A stretch of 26,361 nucleotides of DNA from Clostridiales bacterium. Lineage in GTDB: Bacteria; Bacillota; Clostridia; Tissierellales; Dethiosulfatibacteraceae. The stretch is taken from NCBI GenBank assembly GCA_003446975.1, contig DMAP01000023.1, positions 1 through 26,361 on the forward strand. Reading direction: 5' to 3'. The notes beneath the pieces were generated by a model that saw nothing but the letters and a program-made list of their open reading frames with translations, made no database searches and was not told where the DNA came from. This document shows positions 1-9,973 of the stretch, one piece after another. How positions within the stretch are numbered: the stretch's first letter is position 1; every line of letters starts with the position of its first letter. A program made the position numbers and the translations under genes.

Positions 1-1690
1 TCCCTAAATCATGGAGTGCCGCAAAAATCTCCATATTGTCCATCTCAACACTGGAAAAATTAAATCGCTCACCGATCTTTTTTGCAAAAAAGGTCATCCG
101 CTTAGCGTGGGCTTCCGTTTCCTGGCTTCTTTCATAGATCGTTGCCTTAATTGATGAAACGATACTGCTATGTGAGCTTTTATGATCTAGAAGCTTTCTT
201 TTATACATATGGTCTTCGGCATCCTTAAAGGTTTTTTCAAGGCTTTCATAAACTCGGTGCTTGGTGCTGGACCCTAGTGATACATGCAGATAAAATGCCT
301 CATTCCCTGCTTTGCGATTGAGTTCCGACAGACTACCTCTAATCTGTTCCATCATTGTTTCAGCAGCTCTCTCATCACTATTGAGCAAGATAGCTGTGAA
401 TTCATCTCCGCCCGTTCTGACCAAAATACCCTTTTCACCGCAGCATTCCTTCAACAGCTTTGCAGTCTGAATAATCAGATTGTCTCCCTGGGCGTGCCCG
501 AAGGCATCGTTGATTAGCTTCAGACCGTTTATATCGCCTACAATAACAGATACTGGGAGATATTTTTCATCTTCTATCTCTTTCCTTATCTTTTCAAGAT
601 ATCTTCTGTTATAAAGTCCTGTCAGGAAGTCATAATCATTTAAATAGTTGATTTCTTCTTCCTTTGTTTTTCTGTCTGTGATATCGATAATCAGTCCTTC
701 AAGAGCCACAACCGCTCCTTTTTCATCATAGAGAGGTTGACCTTGCTCAAATACCCATTTAATGGTGCCGTCCCGTGTTATCAGTTCGTATTCTTCCTTT
801 AGTTTTGTTTTGCTGGCAATAACGTCATGCCATCGTTCCCAAAGATAATCCTGGTATTCTTTGCTGATCAGTGCATTGAATGAAATTTCCTTGTTGTTCA
901 ACAAGCTTTCAGCAGGGTAACCTGTCAGTTCCAGACAACCTTCAGAAACAAAGATCATCGTCCAGTCTTTATCAAAATTGCACCGATAGGTCATCCCCGG
1001 CAGATTTGATAGAATGACAGCTTTGCTTCGCTCACTTTCCTTGATTCTTTTGTTGTTAATGGATAATCTATACAGAATGCCTAAGATAGCGAATAGACAT
1101 ATGACAATGATGCTTGCCAAGGTTAAATGAACATTCACATGTCTTTGCCAAATATCTTCCGGATAATCGATGCCAAAAACGGCTGTTACTTCTCCGCTAT
1201 CGGAATCAATAACTGGGACCAATACGGAAATTCATCTACCCCATCTGTCATCAAAGGGTTCAGTCAAAAGGATTTTCCTTGATTGAAAGGGTTCAAAATG
1301 ATGAGGAGATGCCTCAGTATAAAGTTGCCCCGGAGGTGAGTAATCCGGTGAGTCAGATGGCTCTGAATCCACCATGAATCTTATTTCATCGTCTACAAGC
1401 TTATATAGATAAGCAAATTTCAAATCCTGATTGATTTTGACGACTGTCATAAGACTGTCTTTTATCATTGAATACTCTGTTTTATCCAGATCGCTTTCAT
1501 CTGCTCGAAGATTCTTCAATGCCTCCTTATTCAGGGATGCTTCTATGGTTCTGGACAACTCAATAGCATGCTTGCTGGCTTCATGAATAGTATAGTTGTT
1601 GATGTAGCTTATATAATAGCCACTCAGCAAAGCCATACCCAAAAAAGCGATCACAAATGAGATATTCATTTTCTTAAACTGTTTATTCAT
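1..1690 (-). pseudogene. Membrane sensor c-di-GMP enzyme (TM-extracellular sensor-TM-PAS-GGDEF-HD/HD-GYP) interrupted by an in-frame TGA at 1232-1234; 3' end runs off the window
   Basis: ATG at 1690 with SD AGGAG (1698-1702). The frame reads ...EPFDDRWGR*ISVLVPVID... and continues open to base 1 through a TM helix, a PAS domain (LSNLPGMTYRC...WTMIFVSEG), DFLTGLYNRRY, GDINGLKLINDAFGH, GGDEF (398-412) and an HD motif (ETEAHAKR...AALHDLG). Confidence 0.8.
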
Positions 1691-1725
1691 TGTGTTGCTC
1701 CTGATTTGCATCATACTTAATCCCA

Positions 1726-1754
1726 ATTATAACATAACCGTTACTAATCACCAA
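1726..1754 (-). promoter_or_regulatory. Putative sigma-A promoter (extended -10) for the GGDEF/HD gene
   Basis: Minus strand TTGGTG-17 nt-TATAAT with TGn extension, about 35 nt upstream of ATG 1690. Confidence 0.45.
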
Positions 1755-1908
1755 CCAAAATTGATGCTAATAATTATATGTAGCGCATAAAATCCCTGTA
1801 TTCCTTGGAATATCTTGTTTTCAGTGTGTTTTATCTTTTCATGGATTATATTGTTGATAACAAAAAAAGCTTCAAATATTAAATAAATATCACAATGTCA
1901 TTGCTTAA

Positions 1909-1938
1909 TTGACACGACGATATCCATTGTATACAATG
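1909..1938 (+). promoter_or_regulatory. Sigma-A promoter of the MFS gene, with an overlapping 14-bp palindrome
   Basis: TTGACA (1909-1914), 17 nt spacer, TACAAT (1932-1937). Perfect palindrome CATTGTATACAATG at 1925-1938. Confidence 0.7.
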
Positions 1939-1988
1939 ATTAAAACATAGTTCATTAAATATTTCGATAATGGCACGAAGAGGGGAAA

Positions 1989-3269
1989 ATGAAACAATTG
2001 ATAAATAAAAATTTTACCTTATTCGCATCGGGTAGAATGATTTCATTGTTGGGAAGCGGGATTCAAAACGTAGCCATACCACTATATATTTTAAGGACCA
2101 CCGGCTCAGGTCTTATGATGGGGACTTATGCATTCGCTCAACTGCTGCCCCAGATTTTTCTTATGCCGTTGGGTGGGGTGTTGGGCGATAATTTCAACCG
2201 CAAAAAGATAATGGTCCTTATGGATGTTCTTAGCGGCTTGACATCATTGTTTTTGGCTTTCACTATTGTCAATGGTGTTCTGTCAATCCCCCTGCTGTTT
2301 ATTTGCCAGGTCTTTTTATCCAGTTTCTTTTCAATTTTTGACACAGCAACCGCTGCCATGGTTCCTGAGATAGTCGACAAGGATAAGTTATTGAGAGGGA
2401 ATTCAATTATAGGAAGCATAGACAGTACCACATTTATTGCAGGGCCTATCATTGGCGCTGCCATTTTCGGCTTGGCAGGAATCAGGATTGTATTCATCAT
2501 CGATGGCATCTCCTTCCTTGTATCCGCATTCAGCGAGCTATTTATATCATACAAGCCTCATCTTGAAAAATCATCCAAGCTCAACTTTGAAAAAACCAAA
2601 AAAGACATTGTACAAGGATTCTCCTTTCTGAAAAAATCCAAGGGAATCAACTATCTGATTACTTTCGCTGCGGTTGTGAATTTTTTCGGCATTGCATCAA
2701 TCAGTGTACTGCTTCCTTATATCTTTATTGAGGGTATTGGATTTTCAGATAATCAATTTGGTATTCTCCAATCATCTATCATGGTTGGCATCCTTATTGG
2801 CAATATTGGTCTTTCTATTATCTCCGGCAAGTTGGGTAAAAAACAAATCGTAACCTATGGCTTGACTGCAGAAGCTGCCATATTTACTGTCATCGGTATA
2901 TTCTTCTATCCGGTATTGACTGATATTTTCAGTGGTGCAACTAACCTGTTTTTCGGTCTGTTCGTAATTCTTCTGATTGGCTTTGGCATATCCAACGCAT
3001 TTCTTCGTACCAGCATACAGACCAACATGCAGCTTATGATTCCCAACGAGTTGAGAGCAAGGGTGCTTTCAGCTTACTCCTTCAGCATGCAGATAATAGC
3101 CCCAGTTGGTGTTTTCGCAGCAGGTGTCTTCCTTGAAATTGTGCCGTATTATCATCTATTCATGTTTTCTGCTATAATGATTATTATAGCAACTGCAATC
3201 TTTTTGACCAGAGCCCCTGAAGAAGCACTCAATCCGGGAATGATTCAAGCAAGGGAGATGGATATATGA
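1989..3269 (+). CDS. MFS transporter (DHA3/macrolide-efflux-like family)
   Basis: 426 aa, about 12 hydrophobic segments, N-terminal NKNFTLF...GRMISLLGS, motif-A-like GGVLGDNFNRKKIM, C-terminal PNELRARV; SD GAGGGG. Confidence 0.9.
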   Translation: MKQLINKNFTLFASGRMISLLGSGIQNVAIPLYILRTTGSGLMMGTYAFAQLLPQIFLMPLGGVLGDNFNRKKIMVLMDVLSGLTSLFLAFTIVNGVLSIPLLFICQVFLSSFFSIFDTATAAMVPEIVDKDKLLRGNSIIGSIDSTTFIAGPIIGAAIFGLAGIRIVFIIDGISFLVSAFSELFISYKPHLEKSSKLNFEKTKKDIVQGFSFLKKSKGINYLITFAAVVNFFGIASISVLLPYIFIEGIGFSDNQFGILQSSIMVGILIGNIGLSIISGKLGKKQIVTYGLTAEAAIFTVIGIFFYPVLTDIFSGATNLFFGLFVILLIGFGISNAFLRTSIQTNMQLMIPNELRARVLSAYSFSMQIIAPVGVFAAGVFLEIVPYYHLFMFSAIMIIIATAIFLTRAPEEALNPGMIQAREMDI

Positions 3270-4327
3270 AGTCCAAAAATACAAATAAAAGTGCTTTGAT
3301 ATTTTTTTTCGTCATTATTTTCATGGCTGCTGGCATCCTGACCTATGCCAATGCCGCCGCACCCTATCAAAGGCCAAGTGACAATGCCTTGGTGTTTGAT
3401 GATGATACCGGTATGGTTCTTGTTGAAGAATGGATATATTTTCGTATCGCTGAACCAAGGAATAGAGATGCTGAAGTAGAGGTAATCTATCGCTTAAAAA
3501 ACGAGACTCGGGAATTATCAACCATCGATTTGCTTTTCATTGCACCTTATCTTGATGAAGAGGAGATTTCCATCTTCTTGGATAATGTGCAGATTACAGA
3601 TTTCATTATGAAGAAGGCTGATAAACTGCCTGAAAACTGGGAAGTGTCATTGGAGATGGCAGGAATAGATCCAATTGGTCAAAGACCCCTTCAACGTGAT
3701 TTCAGCAACTGGGATTTCTATTCAGGATGGTCTAAAGAGGGTTTTCAGTTCACAATCGACATACCCAAAGGTGAGACCAAGGAACTAAAAATGAATTATA
3801 CCTCCCGCTCTGGCTATTACGCCTATGATGATGTAGTCAATAATGTGTATACACAATTGTACTATCTAACACCTGCAAGCTTTTGGAACGGGAATGCCAG
3901 AGTCAACATGTCCATTGAGTTCCCATCAGACAAGTTTGCGATCTATACCAATATGCCTTTGGAGAAAGTATCCCCAACCTTGTACCAAGGTTCACTGGAT
4001 AAAATTCCCGATGAGGAGTGGTTCTTTAACTATGTGGATAAAACCGGCCTGATTTTTTTCACCAATAACAGAACGGTTCACAATAGAATTGCCCTATCCA
4101 TACTCATACTAGTTTTAGTTGCAGGGTTATTGACCAGAAGAAAACATAAACTGGCGGGTACCTTGGTGTTGTTGTTGCTACTGCCTGTGTTGCTGCTTTT
4201 CAGATTTGCCTATGGCACCATGTTTCTCCTCATGTTCTTTGCCCCTGTCATTGTGGGAGTTGCTATTATCGCCTTGGTTATACGCTATTTGGTTTACAGA
4301 AAGCTTAAAAATAAGCCGCTGGGTTAA
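3266..4327 (+). CDS. Exported, C-terminally membrane-anchored hypothetical protein (possibly DUF4424-like)
   Basis: 353 aa with an ATGA overlap to the MFS gene and SD GGGAG. Signal-peptide-like N-terminus, beta-rich middle (VEVIYRLKN; YYLTPASFWNG), three C-terminal hydrophobic helices. The family resemblance is from memory only. Confidence 0.75.
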   Translation: MKSKNTNKSALIFFFVIIFMAAGILTYANAAAPYQRPSDNALVFDDDTGMVLVEEWIYFRIAEPRNRDAEVEVIYRLKNETRELSTIDLLFIAPYLDEEEISIFLDNVQITDFIMKKADKLPENWEVSLEMAGIDPIGQRPLQRDFSNWDFYSGWSKEGFQFTIDIPKGETKELKMNYTSRSGYYAYDDVVNNVYTQLYYLTPASFWNGNARVNMSIEFPSDKFAIYTNMPLEKVSPTLYQGSLDKIPDEEWFFNYVDKTGLIFFTNNRTVHNRIALSILILVLVAGLLTRRKHKLAGTLVLLLLLPVLLLFRFAYGTMFLLMFFAPVIVGVAIIALVIRYLVYRKLKNKPLG

Positions 4328-4336
4328 ACCAGCGGC
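4307..4336 (-). terminator. Intrinsic terminator of the gcv operon (possibly bidirectional)
   Basis: Stem GCCGCTGG/CCAGCGGC (4315-4336) followed on the minus strand by TTATTTTT; lies between convergent genes. Confidence 0.65.
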
Positions 4337-4368
4337 ACTTCTTATATTTACGCACAACTCTTATTTGC

Positions 4369-5823
4369 TTAGTCTCTGCTCCACTTGACAACAGGCTTTC
4401 TAGCTGCCTTGACTTCATCCAGACGTCTGATTGGTGTCGTTATAGGGGAATTGTGAAGCAACTCAGGATTTTCTTCCCCTTCTTTTTTTATCTTCAACAT
4501 AATCTCGATAAAACGATCCAGTGTTTCTAATGTTTCAGTTTCTGTCGGCTCTACCATCAAGGCTTCATCGATAATAAGAGGGAAATAGATTGTTGGTGGA
4601 TGGATGCCATAATCCAACATTCGCTTTGCCATGTCCAGTGTTCTGTACTGGGATAATCCGTCTGTTCCTGACAAGACAAACTCGTGTTTGCAGATTGTAT
4701 CGATTGGCAGTTTGAAATGTTCCTTCAACTGACTCTGTAGGTAATTCGCATTTAATACAGCCGCCTCGCTGACACGTTTCAGACCATTCGCTCCCATCGT
4801 CAATATATAGGTATAGGCTCTGACAAGGACACCGAATTGACCATAAAATCCCATAATTCTTCCGATTGATTTAGGCCTGTTGTGGTCAAAATAGTAGGTC
4901 TCCTCTTTCTTTTCGACAGTCGGATAGGGAAGATAATCCACCAAATCAGCTCTGACACCTACAGGCCCTGCACCTGGACCGCCTCCACCATGCGGTGTGG
5001 TAAATGTTTTATGTAGATTCAGATGCACAATATCGAAACCCATATCGCCTGGTCTGGCAACTCCCATAATGGCATTCAGATTTGCGCCGTCATAATAGAC
5101 AAGCCCCCCTGCCTCATGGACCAGTGTTGATATTTCAGCGATATTTCTCTCAAAAAGGCCCAGTGTTGAAGGATTGGTGAGCATCAACCCTGCCGTCTCG
5201 TCATTCAAGACAGCCTTCAATGCTTCCATGTCAACGCCGCCATTCTTATCAGACTTAATTTCGATTATATTATAGCCTACGGCTGTCACTGTTGCCGGAT
5301 TGGTTCCGTGGGATGAATCCGGTACGATTATATTCCGTCTCTTGGTATCGTTTCTGTCTTCATGGTACTTCTTTATGATCATCAGCCCTGTCAGCTCGCC
5401 TTGAGCTCCAGCCGCCGGTTGCAATGAAAATCCATCCATGCCTGTTATCTCAGAAAGTTTCTGTCCCAGATCGTACAATAGCGCCAGAGACCCCTGCACA
5501 GTACTTTCGTTCTGATATGGATGCAGCTTTGTGAATCCATCCAGAGAAGCCATGTCCTCATTGATCTTTGGGTTGTATTTCATAGTGCATGAGCCCAACG
5601 GATAAAAACCTGTGTCCACACCATAGTTCTTGTTTGATAGATTAGTGTAATGTCTGATCACATCCACCTCATATACCTCAGGCAGATAAGGCTCGGTCTT
5701 TCTCTGAAGCTCCTTTGGAAGATAATCGTCCAATGGTTTTGATTCAACATCATTTTCAGGCAACGTGTATGCTTTCCTGCCTTTTTTTGAAAGATCTATG
5801 ATTAGCTTATCATAATTTTTCAT
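4369..5823 (-). CDS. gcvPB: Glycine dehydrogenase (decarboxylating) subunit 2
   Basis: [26 protein letters not shown]-lysine motif [19 protein letters not shown] at 5823 is 7 nt from SD GGAGG and overlaps the gcvPA stop. Confidence 0.97.
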   Translation of the reverse strand: MKNYDKLIIDLSKKGRKAYTLPENDVESKPLDDYLPKELQRKTEPYLPEVYEVDVIRHYTNLSNKNYGVDTGFYPLGSCTMKYNPKINEDMASLDGFTKLHPYQNESTVQGSLALLYDLGQKLSEITGMDGFSLQPAAGAQGELTGLMIIKKYHEDRNDTKRRNIIVPDSSHGTNPATVTAVGYNIIEIKSDKNGGVDMEALKAVLNDETAGLMLTNPSTLGLFERNIAEISTLVHEAGGLVYYDGANLNAIMGVARPGDMGFDIVHLNLHKTFTTPHGGGGPGAGPVGVRADLVDYLPYPTVEKKEETYYFDHNRPKSIGRIMGFYGQFGVLVRAYTYILTMGANGLKRVSEAAVLNANYLQSQLKEHFKLPIDTICKHEFVLSGTDGLSQYRTLDMAKRMLDYGIHPPTIYFPLIIDEALMVEPTETETLETLDRFIEIMLKIKKEGEENPELLHNSPITTPIRRLDEVKAARKPVVKWSRD

Positions 5824-7163
5824 CACTGCACCTCCTTGAGGATACTGACCATCTTGTCAATCTCTTCCTTGGTTCTTTTCTCAGTCACAGTGAACAAAAG
5901 CTGATTTTTCTTGTCTTTATTCAGCTTGGAAATGTCTAAAGGTCCTATGATTTTCTCATCATGGAGGGCTTTTTCAATTTTGTCGGCATCAAGGGTTGTC
6001 TCCAAAACAAACTCCTTAAAAATCGGTCCCGTATATATTCTCTTGAATTTTTTGGTTTCCAACAGTTTCTCCATGGCGTAATTGGCTTTGGATATGCATT
6101 GCTTGGCGACATCCTTTATTCCTTCACGGCCCATAACCGACAGATAAACAACTGCCATCAGCGCACAGAGGCTCTGATTTGAACAGATGTTGGAGGTGGC
6201 TTTTTCTCTTCGGATGTGCTGTTCTCTGGCCTGAAGTGTCAGCACGAAGCCTTGTTTGCCATCCACATCCGTTGTCAGCCCGCAAATTCTTCCAGGCATT
6301 TTACGCATAAGTTTTTCGGTAGCACCGATAAACCCAAGATAAGGACCCCCAAAGTTCTGAGGAATGCCTAAGCTTTGGCCTTCACCTACAGCAATGTCGG
6401 CACCGTACTCACCCGGTGATTTGATTATACCCAGGCTTATTGGATCAACACTCATGATCAGTAGGCTCTTATTGTCATGGGTCACTTTTTCTATTGGTGC
6501 TATGTCCTCTATTATGCCATAGAAATTCGGGTTCTGAATAATAACTGCTGACGTATCCGAATCAATCAGTTTTAGACCATCCAGATCTGTCTTCCCATCT
6601 ATTTCCGGAATTTTTATTAACTCTATCTCTCTGAAATGGCTATAGGTTTCAAGTACCTTCAATGTTTCGGGGTGAATGGTGGATGATACAGCTACCTTGC
6701 TTCTGTTGTTGACCCTGATAGCCATTATAGCCGCCTCTGCCGTTGCGGTTGCACCATCATACATGGAAGCGTTGATGACATCCATGCCAGTCAGTTCAGC
6801 CATCATGCTCTGAAATTCAAAAATATACTGTAGTGTTCCCTGGCTGACCTCCGGTTGGTAAGGTGTATAGGAAGTATAGAACTCGGATCTAGACGCAATG
6901 TGTCTGACTACCGATGGTATATAGTGGTCATATGAACCAGCCCCCAGGAAACTGGCATAATCATCCAGGTTGTCATTCCGGTCACTAAGCTTTTTCATAA
7001 TCCGTCTAACTTCCAGTTCACTGTAAGCAGGATTGATGTCTAATTTTCGATTCAGTTTTATGCTTTCAGGAATATCACTGAATAACTCATCAATGCTCTT
7101 AACACCAATTTTTTCCAGCATGTATTTCTGATCTTCTTGTGTTAAGGGGATATACCTGTTCAT
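5823..7163 (-). CDS. gcvPA: Glycine dehydrogenase (decarboxylating) subunit 1
   Basis: [45 protein letters not shown]. Start placed at ATG 7163 (MNRYIP) after SD AGGAGG. Confidence 0.97.
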   Translation of the reverse strand: MNRYIPLTQEDQKYMLEKIGVKSIDELFSDIPESIKLNRKLDINPAYSELEVRRIMKKLSDRNDNLDDYASFLGAGSYDHYIPSVVRHIASRSEFYTSYTPYQPEVSQGTLQYIFEFQSMMAELTGMDVINASMYDGATATAEAAIMAIRVNNRSKVAVSSTIHPETLKVLETYSHFREIELIKIPEIDGKTDLDGLKLIDSDTSAVIIQNPNFYGIIEDIAPIEKVTHDNKSLLIMSVDPISLGIIKSPGEYGADIAVGEGQSLGIPQNFGGPYLGFIGATEKLMRKMPGRICGLTTDVDGKQGFVLTLQAREQHIRREKATSNICSNQSLCALMAVVYLSVMGREGIKDVAKQCISKANYAMEKLLETKKFKRIYTGPIFKEFVLETTLDADKIEKALHDEKIIGPLDISKLNKDKKNQLLFTVTEKRTKEEIDKMVSILKEVQ

Positions 7164-7164
7164 C

Positions 7165-7548
7165 TTACTCCTCCTCTTGAATATGCTCCTCATACTGGAC
7201 CGAGTTCATAAGAACCTCTATGTCCGATTCATCTGTGATCTTGATTTTGATAATCCAGTTCTCATACGCGTCTTCGTTGATTAGTTCCGGACTTTCCTCC
7301 AATGCCTCATTCACCGCCAGAATAACACCGGAAACAGGCATGTAGATGTCACTGGCTGCTTTGACTGATTCTACCGCTCCAAATGAATCCTGGGCATCAA
7401 ACTCATCGCCAACAGACGGCAAATCAACAAATACAATGTCTCCCAACTCATGCTGGGCAAAATCACTGATGCCTACATAAGCCTCATCATCTTCAATTCT
7501 TAGCCACTCATGGCTTTTTGCATAATATAGTCCCTCTAATATTTTCAC
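7165..7548 (-). CDS. gcvH: Glycine cleavage system H protein
   Basis: 127 aa; SHEW, GISDFAQHELGDIVFV, lipoyl-lysine motif VESVKAASD; GTG start with SD GGAGG. Confidence 0.97.
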   Translation of the reverse strand: MKILEGLYYAKSHEWLRIEDDEAYVGISDFAQHELGDIVFVDLPSVGDEFDAQDSFGAVESVKAASDIYMPVSGVILAVNEALEESPELINEDAYENWIIKIKITDESDIEVLMNSVQYEEHIQEEE

Positions 7549-7559
7549 TTCTGGCCCTC

Positions 7560-8675
7560 CTATTTTTTATAATTTTTATTTAGAAATTTTCTTGAAACGA
7601 CTCTTGCTTTTAAGGTTTTGTTTCTGATTTGTATATGGATTTCATTGTCAATACCCGCGTAATCTGATGATATCAGCGCCAAACCCAGTGCTTTGTCAAG
7701 CGTAGGTGATTTATAGCCTGTTGTGACATGTCCGATCTCCTGACCCAACTCATTGGTTACCGTATAATCTGCCCGTGCAATGCCTTTGTCAATCAGCTCA
7801 AATCCGACAATTTTTCTTTTAAGCCCGTTTTCCTTTTGGGATTTCAGGGCTGATTTCCCTTTGAAGTCTTCCTTGTCTAGTTTGACACAAAATCCATACC
7901 CGGCCTCCAATGGCGAAATGTCTTCTGACAGTTCATGTCCATAAAGTGGTAGATTTGCTTCAAATCTCAGGGTATCCCGTGCCCCCAGACCACAGGGCAT
8001 AATATTGTATTTGGCGCCACTTTCCAGAAGCTTCTCCCAGATATTTTCAATGCTGTCATTGTCAGTGTAAATCTCAAATCCATCCTCGCCTGTGTAACCG
8101 GTTCTGGATATCAGGCAATCTGCTCCAAAGAGATTGATTTTATCTGCATAAGTAAAAAATGACATTTGGGATAAATCGATGTCTATATGCTCTTGAAGAA
8201 GCTTTTGAGCATCTGGCCCTTGGAGGGCGACTTCTGCCGTTATGGGCGATTCGTTAGAAATGTTGATGTCCATTTCCGTTTCTTCAGCAACCTGGTGGAT
8301 CCAATCCAAATCTTTTTTTATATTTCCAGCGTTGATAATCAACAGATAATGATTGACACCTTTTCTATAAACCAAAAGGTCGTCCACAACACCTCCATTC
8401 TCATAGCACATCATGGCATACTGAATTTCATTGTCTCTTAATAATTTTACATCATTTGTGATCAAATAGTTAATAAATTTTTCAGATTCTTCTCCCGTAA
8501 TGATGACCTCTCCCATATGGGATACATCAAACAGACCAACACCGTTTCTGACAGCATGGTGTTCTTCTGTGATGCTGGAATACTGTATGGGCATTTCCCA
8601 TCCGCCAAACTCAACCATCTTCGCACCCAATCTGACATGGGCATCATGGAGTGGTGTCTTTTTCAAAGCATTCAT
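7560..8675 (-). CDS. gcvT: Glycine cleavage system aminomethyltransferase T
   Basis: LKKTPLH, FGGWEMP, FDVSHMGE, SRTGYTGEDGFE, GLGARDTLRFEA. Start at ATG 8675 with SD GAGGAG (8685-8690); the longer ORF start lies inside the riboswitch. Confidence 0.97.
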   Translation of the reverse strand: MNALKKTPLHDAHVRLGAKMVEFGGWEMPIQYSSITEEHHAVRNGVGLFDVSHMGEVIITGEESEKFINYLITNDVKLLRDNEIQYAMMCYENGGVVDDLLVYRKGVNHYLLIINAGNIKKDLDWIHQVAEETEMDINISNESPITAEVALQGPDAQKLLQEHIDIDLSQMSFFTYADKINLFGADCLISRTGYTGEDGFEIYTDNDSIENIWEKLLESGAKYNIMPCGLGARDTLRFEANLPLYGHELSEDISPLEAGYGFCVKLDKEDFKGKSALKSQKENGLKRKIVGFELIDKGIARADYTVTNELGQEIGHVTTGYKSPTLDKALGLALISSDYAGIDNEIHIQIRNKTLKARVVSRKFLNKNYKK

Positions 8676-8708
8676 CGCAATCGTCTCCTCGTTATTTTTT
8701 AAACAATT

Positions 8709-8740
8709 AAAAAAGATTGTATGCTTGTGCCATACAATCT
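8709..8740 (-). terminator. Attenuator terminator of the glycine riboswitch
   Basis: Minus strand AGATTGTATG-gcacaag-CATACAATCT followed by a T-run, directly 3' of the second aptamer. Confidence 0.85.
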
Positions 8741-8927
8741 CTGTCTTTTTTACCTGAGAGCTTCTTGCTGAGCAATTTCTCCTTCGGTGCCGCTTAAGAG
8801 CACAAACGGTCTCTTCAGAGTTCCATCTGATTGTGATTCTGGTGCCTGAGAGTTTCTGTGGAAATCGGCTTTGTCCACATTTCACCTTCGGCTATCATCT
8901 AAGATATCTCACACAATCTTCAACGGA
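8739..8927 (-). ncRNA. Tandem glycine riboswitch
   Basis: Two aptamers on the minus strand, each with the hallmarks GAGA...CCGAAGG...GAARCTCTCAGG (GATTGTGTGAGA...GCCGAAGG...AAACTCTCAGGCACCAGAATCACAATC, then CTCTGAAGAGA...CACCGAAGGAG...CTCTCAGGTAAAAAAGACAGAG), upstream of gcvT. Confidence 0.95.
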
Positions 8928-8942
8928 TATTTGATTAGAAAC

Positions 8943-8972
8943 ATTATATCACAACTATCTCAAAGTTTTAAA
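8943..8972 (-). promoter_or_regulatory. Extended -10 sigma-A promoter for the glycine riboswitch/gcv operon
   Basis: Minus strand TGATATAAT (8943-8951) about 15 nt upstream of the riboswitch; -35 is weak. Confidence 0.6.
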
Positions 8973-8981
8973 CATAATGTT

Positions 8982-9905
8982 TTAAAACGAAGTAATTTCA
9001 TTGATGTCAAAAGGTGTTTCCTGATAGACACAATAGTTCAACCAATTGGAAAACAGTAATTGAGAATGGCTTCTCCATTTCATTGAGACCCCTTTTTCAG
9101 GGTCATCGTCAATGAAATAATTGATTGGTACTTTTGTTTCCAATCCTTTAGCCACATCTCGGTCGTATTCTTTCTTAAGGGTATACTTGTCATACTCCCC
9201 ATGTCCTTGAACAAAAATCTGTCTTCTGTTTCTCAGAGAGGATATATGCACGCCAGCCTCATCTGATTCAGCCAATATTTTGATATCCGGGACCTTATTG
9301 AACTCTTCTCTCTTGATTTGCGTATATCTTGAGTGTGGCGCGTAAAATTGTTCGTCAAATCCTCTCATCAGTCTTGTTCTCATATCCTTGACATCATGCA
9401 AAAAGACACCGAAAAGCTTTTTTTCAAGCATAGTTCTTTCCACACCGTAATGATGGTAAAGGGCTGCCTGGGCTCCCCAACACAAATGCATGGTGCTGAA
9501 GACATTTCCTCTGGAATAATTCATTATATCCACCAGTTCATCCCAGTAGTCCACTTCTTCATAAGGAAGGGTTTCCACTGGCGCTCCTGTAATGATCATG
9601 CCATCGAATTTTCTGTGTTTGATTTCATCAAAGGTCTTGTAGAAATTATCCAGGTGCTCTTGTTTGGTATTGGTCGCATCATGAGAATCCATATGCACCA
9701 GATGCAGATTAACCTGAAGCGGTGTATTGGCAAGCATCCTGATTAATTGGGTTTCAGTCTCTTCCTTTGTTGGCATCAGATTGACAATACATACTTCAAG
9801 GGGTCTGATATCCTGGCTGTATGCCCGCCAATCCTTCATAACGAAAATATTTTCTTCTCTTAGTGTTTCAAAAGCGGGTAATTTACCCGGTATTACTATC
9901 GGCAT
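8982..9905 (-). CDS. metA: Homoserine O-acyltransferase, MetA family (acetyl-CoA type predicted)
   Basis: QDIRPL, NLMPTK, ITGAPVE (Glu at the acetyl/succinyl specificity position), catalytic CWGAQA, PHSR, GHGEY; SD AAGGAG. Confidence 0.95.
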   Translation of the reverse strand: MPIVIPGKLPAFETLREENIFVMKDWRAYSQDIRPLEVCIVNLMPTKEETETQLIRMLANTPLQVNLHLVHMDSHDATNTKQEHLDNFYKTFDEIKHRKFDGMIITGAPVETLPYEEVDYWDELVDIMNYSRGNVFSTMHLCWGAQAALYHHYGVERTMLEKKLFGVFLHDVKDMRTRLMRGFDEQFYAPHSRYTQIKREEFNKVPDIKILAESDEAGVHISSLRNRRQIFVQGHGEYDKYTLKKEYDRDVAKGLETKVPINYFIDDDPEKGVSMKWRSHSQLLFSNWLNYCVYQETPFDINEITSF

Positions 9906-9973
9906 TGTTTTATCTTCTCCTTAATTATATTCAACCCTGTTGATAGTCATATCATCATTGCTGGCTTCAAATG

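Noticed and set aside
284..517. 77-aa plus-strand ORF, and the many other short ORFs antisense or out of frame to long genes
   Set aside because: Shadow frames of well-supported genes (this one lies opposite the GGDEF domain), with no recognisable motifs.
1232..1234. TGA as evidence for genome-wide recoding (UGA=Trp) or selenocysteine
   Set aside because: TGA ends several normal-length genes here (MFS, gcvPA, hutH, ABC genes), often in ATGA overlaps, and TGG is used for Trp throughout. No convincing SECIS-like hairpin follows and the position is not a Cys site.
1691..1726. TTG start at 1726 for the sensor gene
   Set aside because: It overlaps the predicted -10 box; ATG 1690 has a proper SD.
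1971..1986. TGGCACG upstream of the MFS gene as a sigma-54 promoter
   Set aside because: No TTGC at the -12 position, and a good sigma-A promoter is present.
4369..8675. Absence of the L protein (lipoamide dehydrogenase) from the gcv operon
   Set aside because: A common arrangement; the gene is often encoded elsewhere.
8676..8885. 70-aa N-terminal extension of GcvT
   Set aside because: It runs through the glycine riboswitch and its terminator; the SD and homology begin at 8675.
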